The notes beneath the pieces are model-generated. The model saw only the letters and a list, made by a program, of their open reading frames with translations, made no database searches and was not told the origin of the DNA. The translations under genes were made by a program, and so were the position numbers. A stretch of 63,772 nt of DNA, filler included, from Stramenopiles sp. TOSAG23-2 (lineage: Eukaryota), in assembly GCA_900128395.1 (NCBI GenBank). It is 54 parts of 54 records of this genome, joined end to end, with 100 filler letters (N's around TTAATTAATTAA, not from the genome) between each part and the next. Parts side by side here need not be neighbours in the genome. Positions count along the whole stretch, not along the records: positions 61,519 to 62,595 come from LT653806.1; positions 62,696 to 63,772 come from LT653807.1; 52 more parts are not named here. One strand, given 5' to 3'. The stretch's first letter is position 1. Every line of letters starts with the position of its first letter. Below are positions 61,903 to 63,772 of the stretch, piece after piece.

Positions 61903-62447
61903 CAAAGCATATGCCTATCCATATTAATAATGTTCCAGTTCTACTAATTAATTTAACGTACGTGCTCGTCCAGGTGCTGTTTATTTATAATAATTTCAAT
62001 CGATAATGGATGTATATATATTTATTTGTGTGTGTTGTGTGTGTGTGTGTGTGTTTTTATCTGTTAGTTGTAAACGCAAAGGTTGTTTCATTTGGTGATA
62101 TATAACTGTAACGTACGCCCTCGACCTCGTCCTCCTCTACCTCCTCTACCTCCTCTTGATGGGGCTATTTAATGAAACGGATGATATGTGTATGTGTATA
62201 TATGTATATGTATATTTCGTTAGATACACGTTTGTTTATATTTGATAGTATTATTTATAATATTACCTACGTCCTCTGCCTCTTCCGCCTCTACCTCTGG
62301 GTGCTAATAATATACATTTATCAAAACAAAAAATCGTGCATTATACGATAGAAAAAAAAAAAGTTAGCTATGTCGCAGTTAATTGGTTGTTATTTTTGTA
62401 ATAGAATTTATTTGTTTACATACGTCCACGACCCCTTCCCCTCGGAG
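61539..62447 (-). CDS. Six phase-1 microexons encoding an RGG/Pro-rich segment
   Basis: Exons 62447-62424, 62303-62271, 62164-62117, 61976-61962, 61732-61715 and 61550-61539, each flanked by AG and GTA(A/C/T/G)GT with an upstream CTAAC; they splice to xPRGRGRG PPRGRGGRGRG PPSRGGRGGRGGRGRG PPGRA PGRGAP PRGG. Confidence 0.85.
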
Positions 62448-62939
62448 CTTTATATTTTATGATATGTGCGCGTATGTGTGTATGTGTGTATATAAATATA
62501 TAGAATCAGTCTGTTAGCTTTTTTATATTATTATATATATGACAGTTTGGGAAATGAACGTAGAAGGCTTGGGCAATTTGGAAATAAAAATTTAANNNNN
62601 NNNNNNNNNNNNNNNNNNNNNNNNNNNNNNNNNNNNNNNTTAATTAATTAANNNNNNNNNNNNNNNNNNNNNNNNNNNNNNNNNNNNNNNNNNNNGAATC
62701 CGTATTTATATAATTAATGTGCATAATGTTAAATAAATATAAAATTAAACACACAAAGCATATATATATTAAATATTACGAGCCGTATAAAAATTAATAA
62801 TGAACATCGTAAAAAAAATATACGAACTCGTAATTTGAAACATGTTACACATACACTGCTGCTGAGATTTATACACACACGCTATGATATTACATTCTTA
62901 TATTAATATTTTTTTATATTTAAATATAGTCTACTCTCG

Positions 62940-63720
62940 TTAAGGTCTTGTTCTTCCACCACGTTTTCTACTTAATTTCTCATCACCAAGATTATTATTC
63001 ATACCATCTACAACATCCGTAGAATTTTTATCTTCTTCCGCATGTATATCTTGAGCTACACGTTCAAAAAGATCATCAAAATCCCATGGAATATCTTGCT
63101 CACCAACATTTTGTTGTGGTGCAAGTGACGAAGTAAGTAAACTTAAATCAATCCACTCGACACCAGCACTAACATGATCACGCAATGACAATTTAATATC
63201 CAAATCAAGCTCGCGAATGCTAGACATTCGACGTGCTTGTGCTTTCGGTGCGTTAGCAATGTCTGCTTCAACTACTTCATCTTCTTCCTCTTCCAAATCT
63301 GGTATGACAGGTATATCGTCACCTTCATCATCGTCAAAAAAGTTATCACGAGCTGCATTTTTTTTTCTTGTCTTTTTTTTTCTTTGCATTACGACTACGT
63401 GAGGAAGATGAAGATGTTTTACCTTCATCACCCCAACCACTGGAAGGTCCATTTTTCGGTGGCGCATCATCTTCCTCATCATCATCCCACCCTTTCGATG
63501 CTTTCTTTGAATCAGATTTTTCAGCAAATTTTGATTCATTTTTTGCCGTTTCCGCAATTTTCGAACTACCACTATTATCATTATTATCTACGTTATCGTT
63601 ATCCTCATCCTCATCACCTCTTCTACGCCTTCTTCTCCTATTCCTACGGCCACCACCATCATTGGAACTTTTCTTATCATTACCACCACTTAACCAATCA
63701 GTATTATTATCACGATCCAT
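62940..63720 (-). CDS. IFT43: Intraflagellar transport protein 43 (frameshift in A-runs at about 63358-63385)
   Basis: DIPVIPDLEE..IANAP..RMSSIRELD..IDLSLLTSSLAPQQNVGEQDIPWDFDDLF; the N-terminal GW motifs are in the adjacent frame. Confidence 0.85.
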
Positions 63721-63772
63721 ATTATTTATTTTTGTGATTGTAATATATATATATATGTATGTATATTATGTA

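Noticed and set aside
63358-63385. Programmed frameshift in IFT43
   Set aside because: The shift falls in long A homopolymers, where sequencing or assembly indels are far more likely.

Overview
This window is not a continuous locus. It is 54 unrelated small contigs (1090 down to 1077 bp, sorted by size) joined by artificial 100-bp linkers (44 N + TTAATTAATTAA + 44 N), so nothing can be inferred from adjacency across linkers. Most contigs come from an AT-rich eukaryote with GT-AG introns, CTAAC branch points, (TA)n/(GA)n microsatellites and poly-Asn tracts. IFT43, a CCDC112-like gene, a cathepsin and a GH141-like gene suggest a flagellated, probably phagotrophic protist; a stramenopile/MAST identity is only inference. 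Exact 55-bp end overlaps and inverted terminal copies point to a k=55 de Bruijn assembly of amplified single-cell DNA. Recognisable, mostly partial genes include MRPL11, TFIP11 (two joinable contigs), DUS3, cyclophilin, ceramide synthase, a C1A protease, NUDT1, UBC6/UBE2J, GT90, importin alpha, FANCM, a renalase-like oxidoreductase, SMC4, IFT43 and ion channels. The best signals absent from the ORF track are: (1) six frame-symmetric microexons building an RGG/Pro-rich peptide (61539-62447); (2) a virus-like contig with an S74-chaperone fibre, an unannotated 59-aa AT-hook/QRGG pX-like core protein and a hairpin between convergent genes (42661-43740); (3) a mosaic H1/IQ/Polo-box ORF; (4) a kinase-PP2C relic joined by TTAGGG repeats; (5) an expanded ankyrin family with a fixed C-terminal tail; (6) foldback/MITE-like elements and a motif array.
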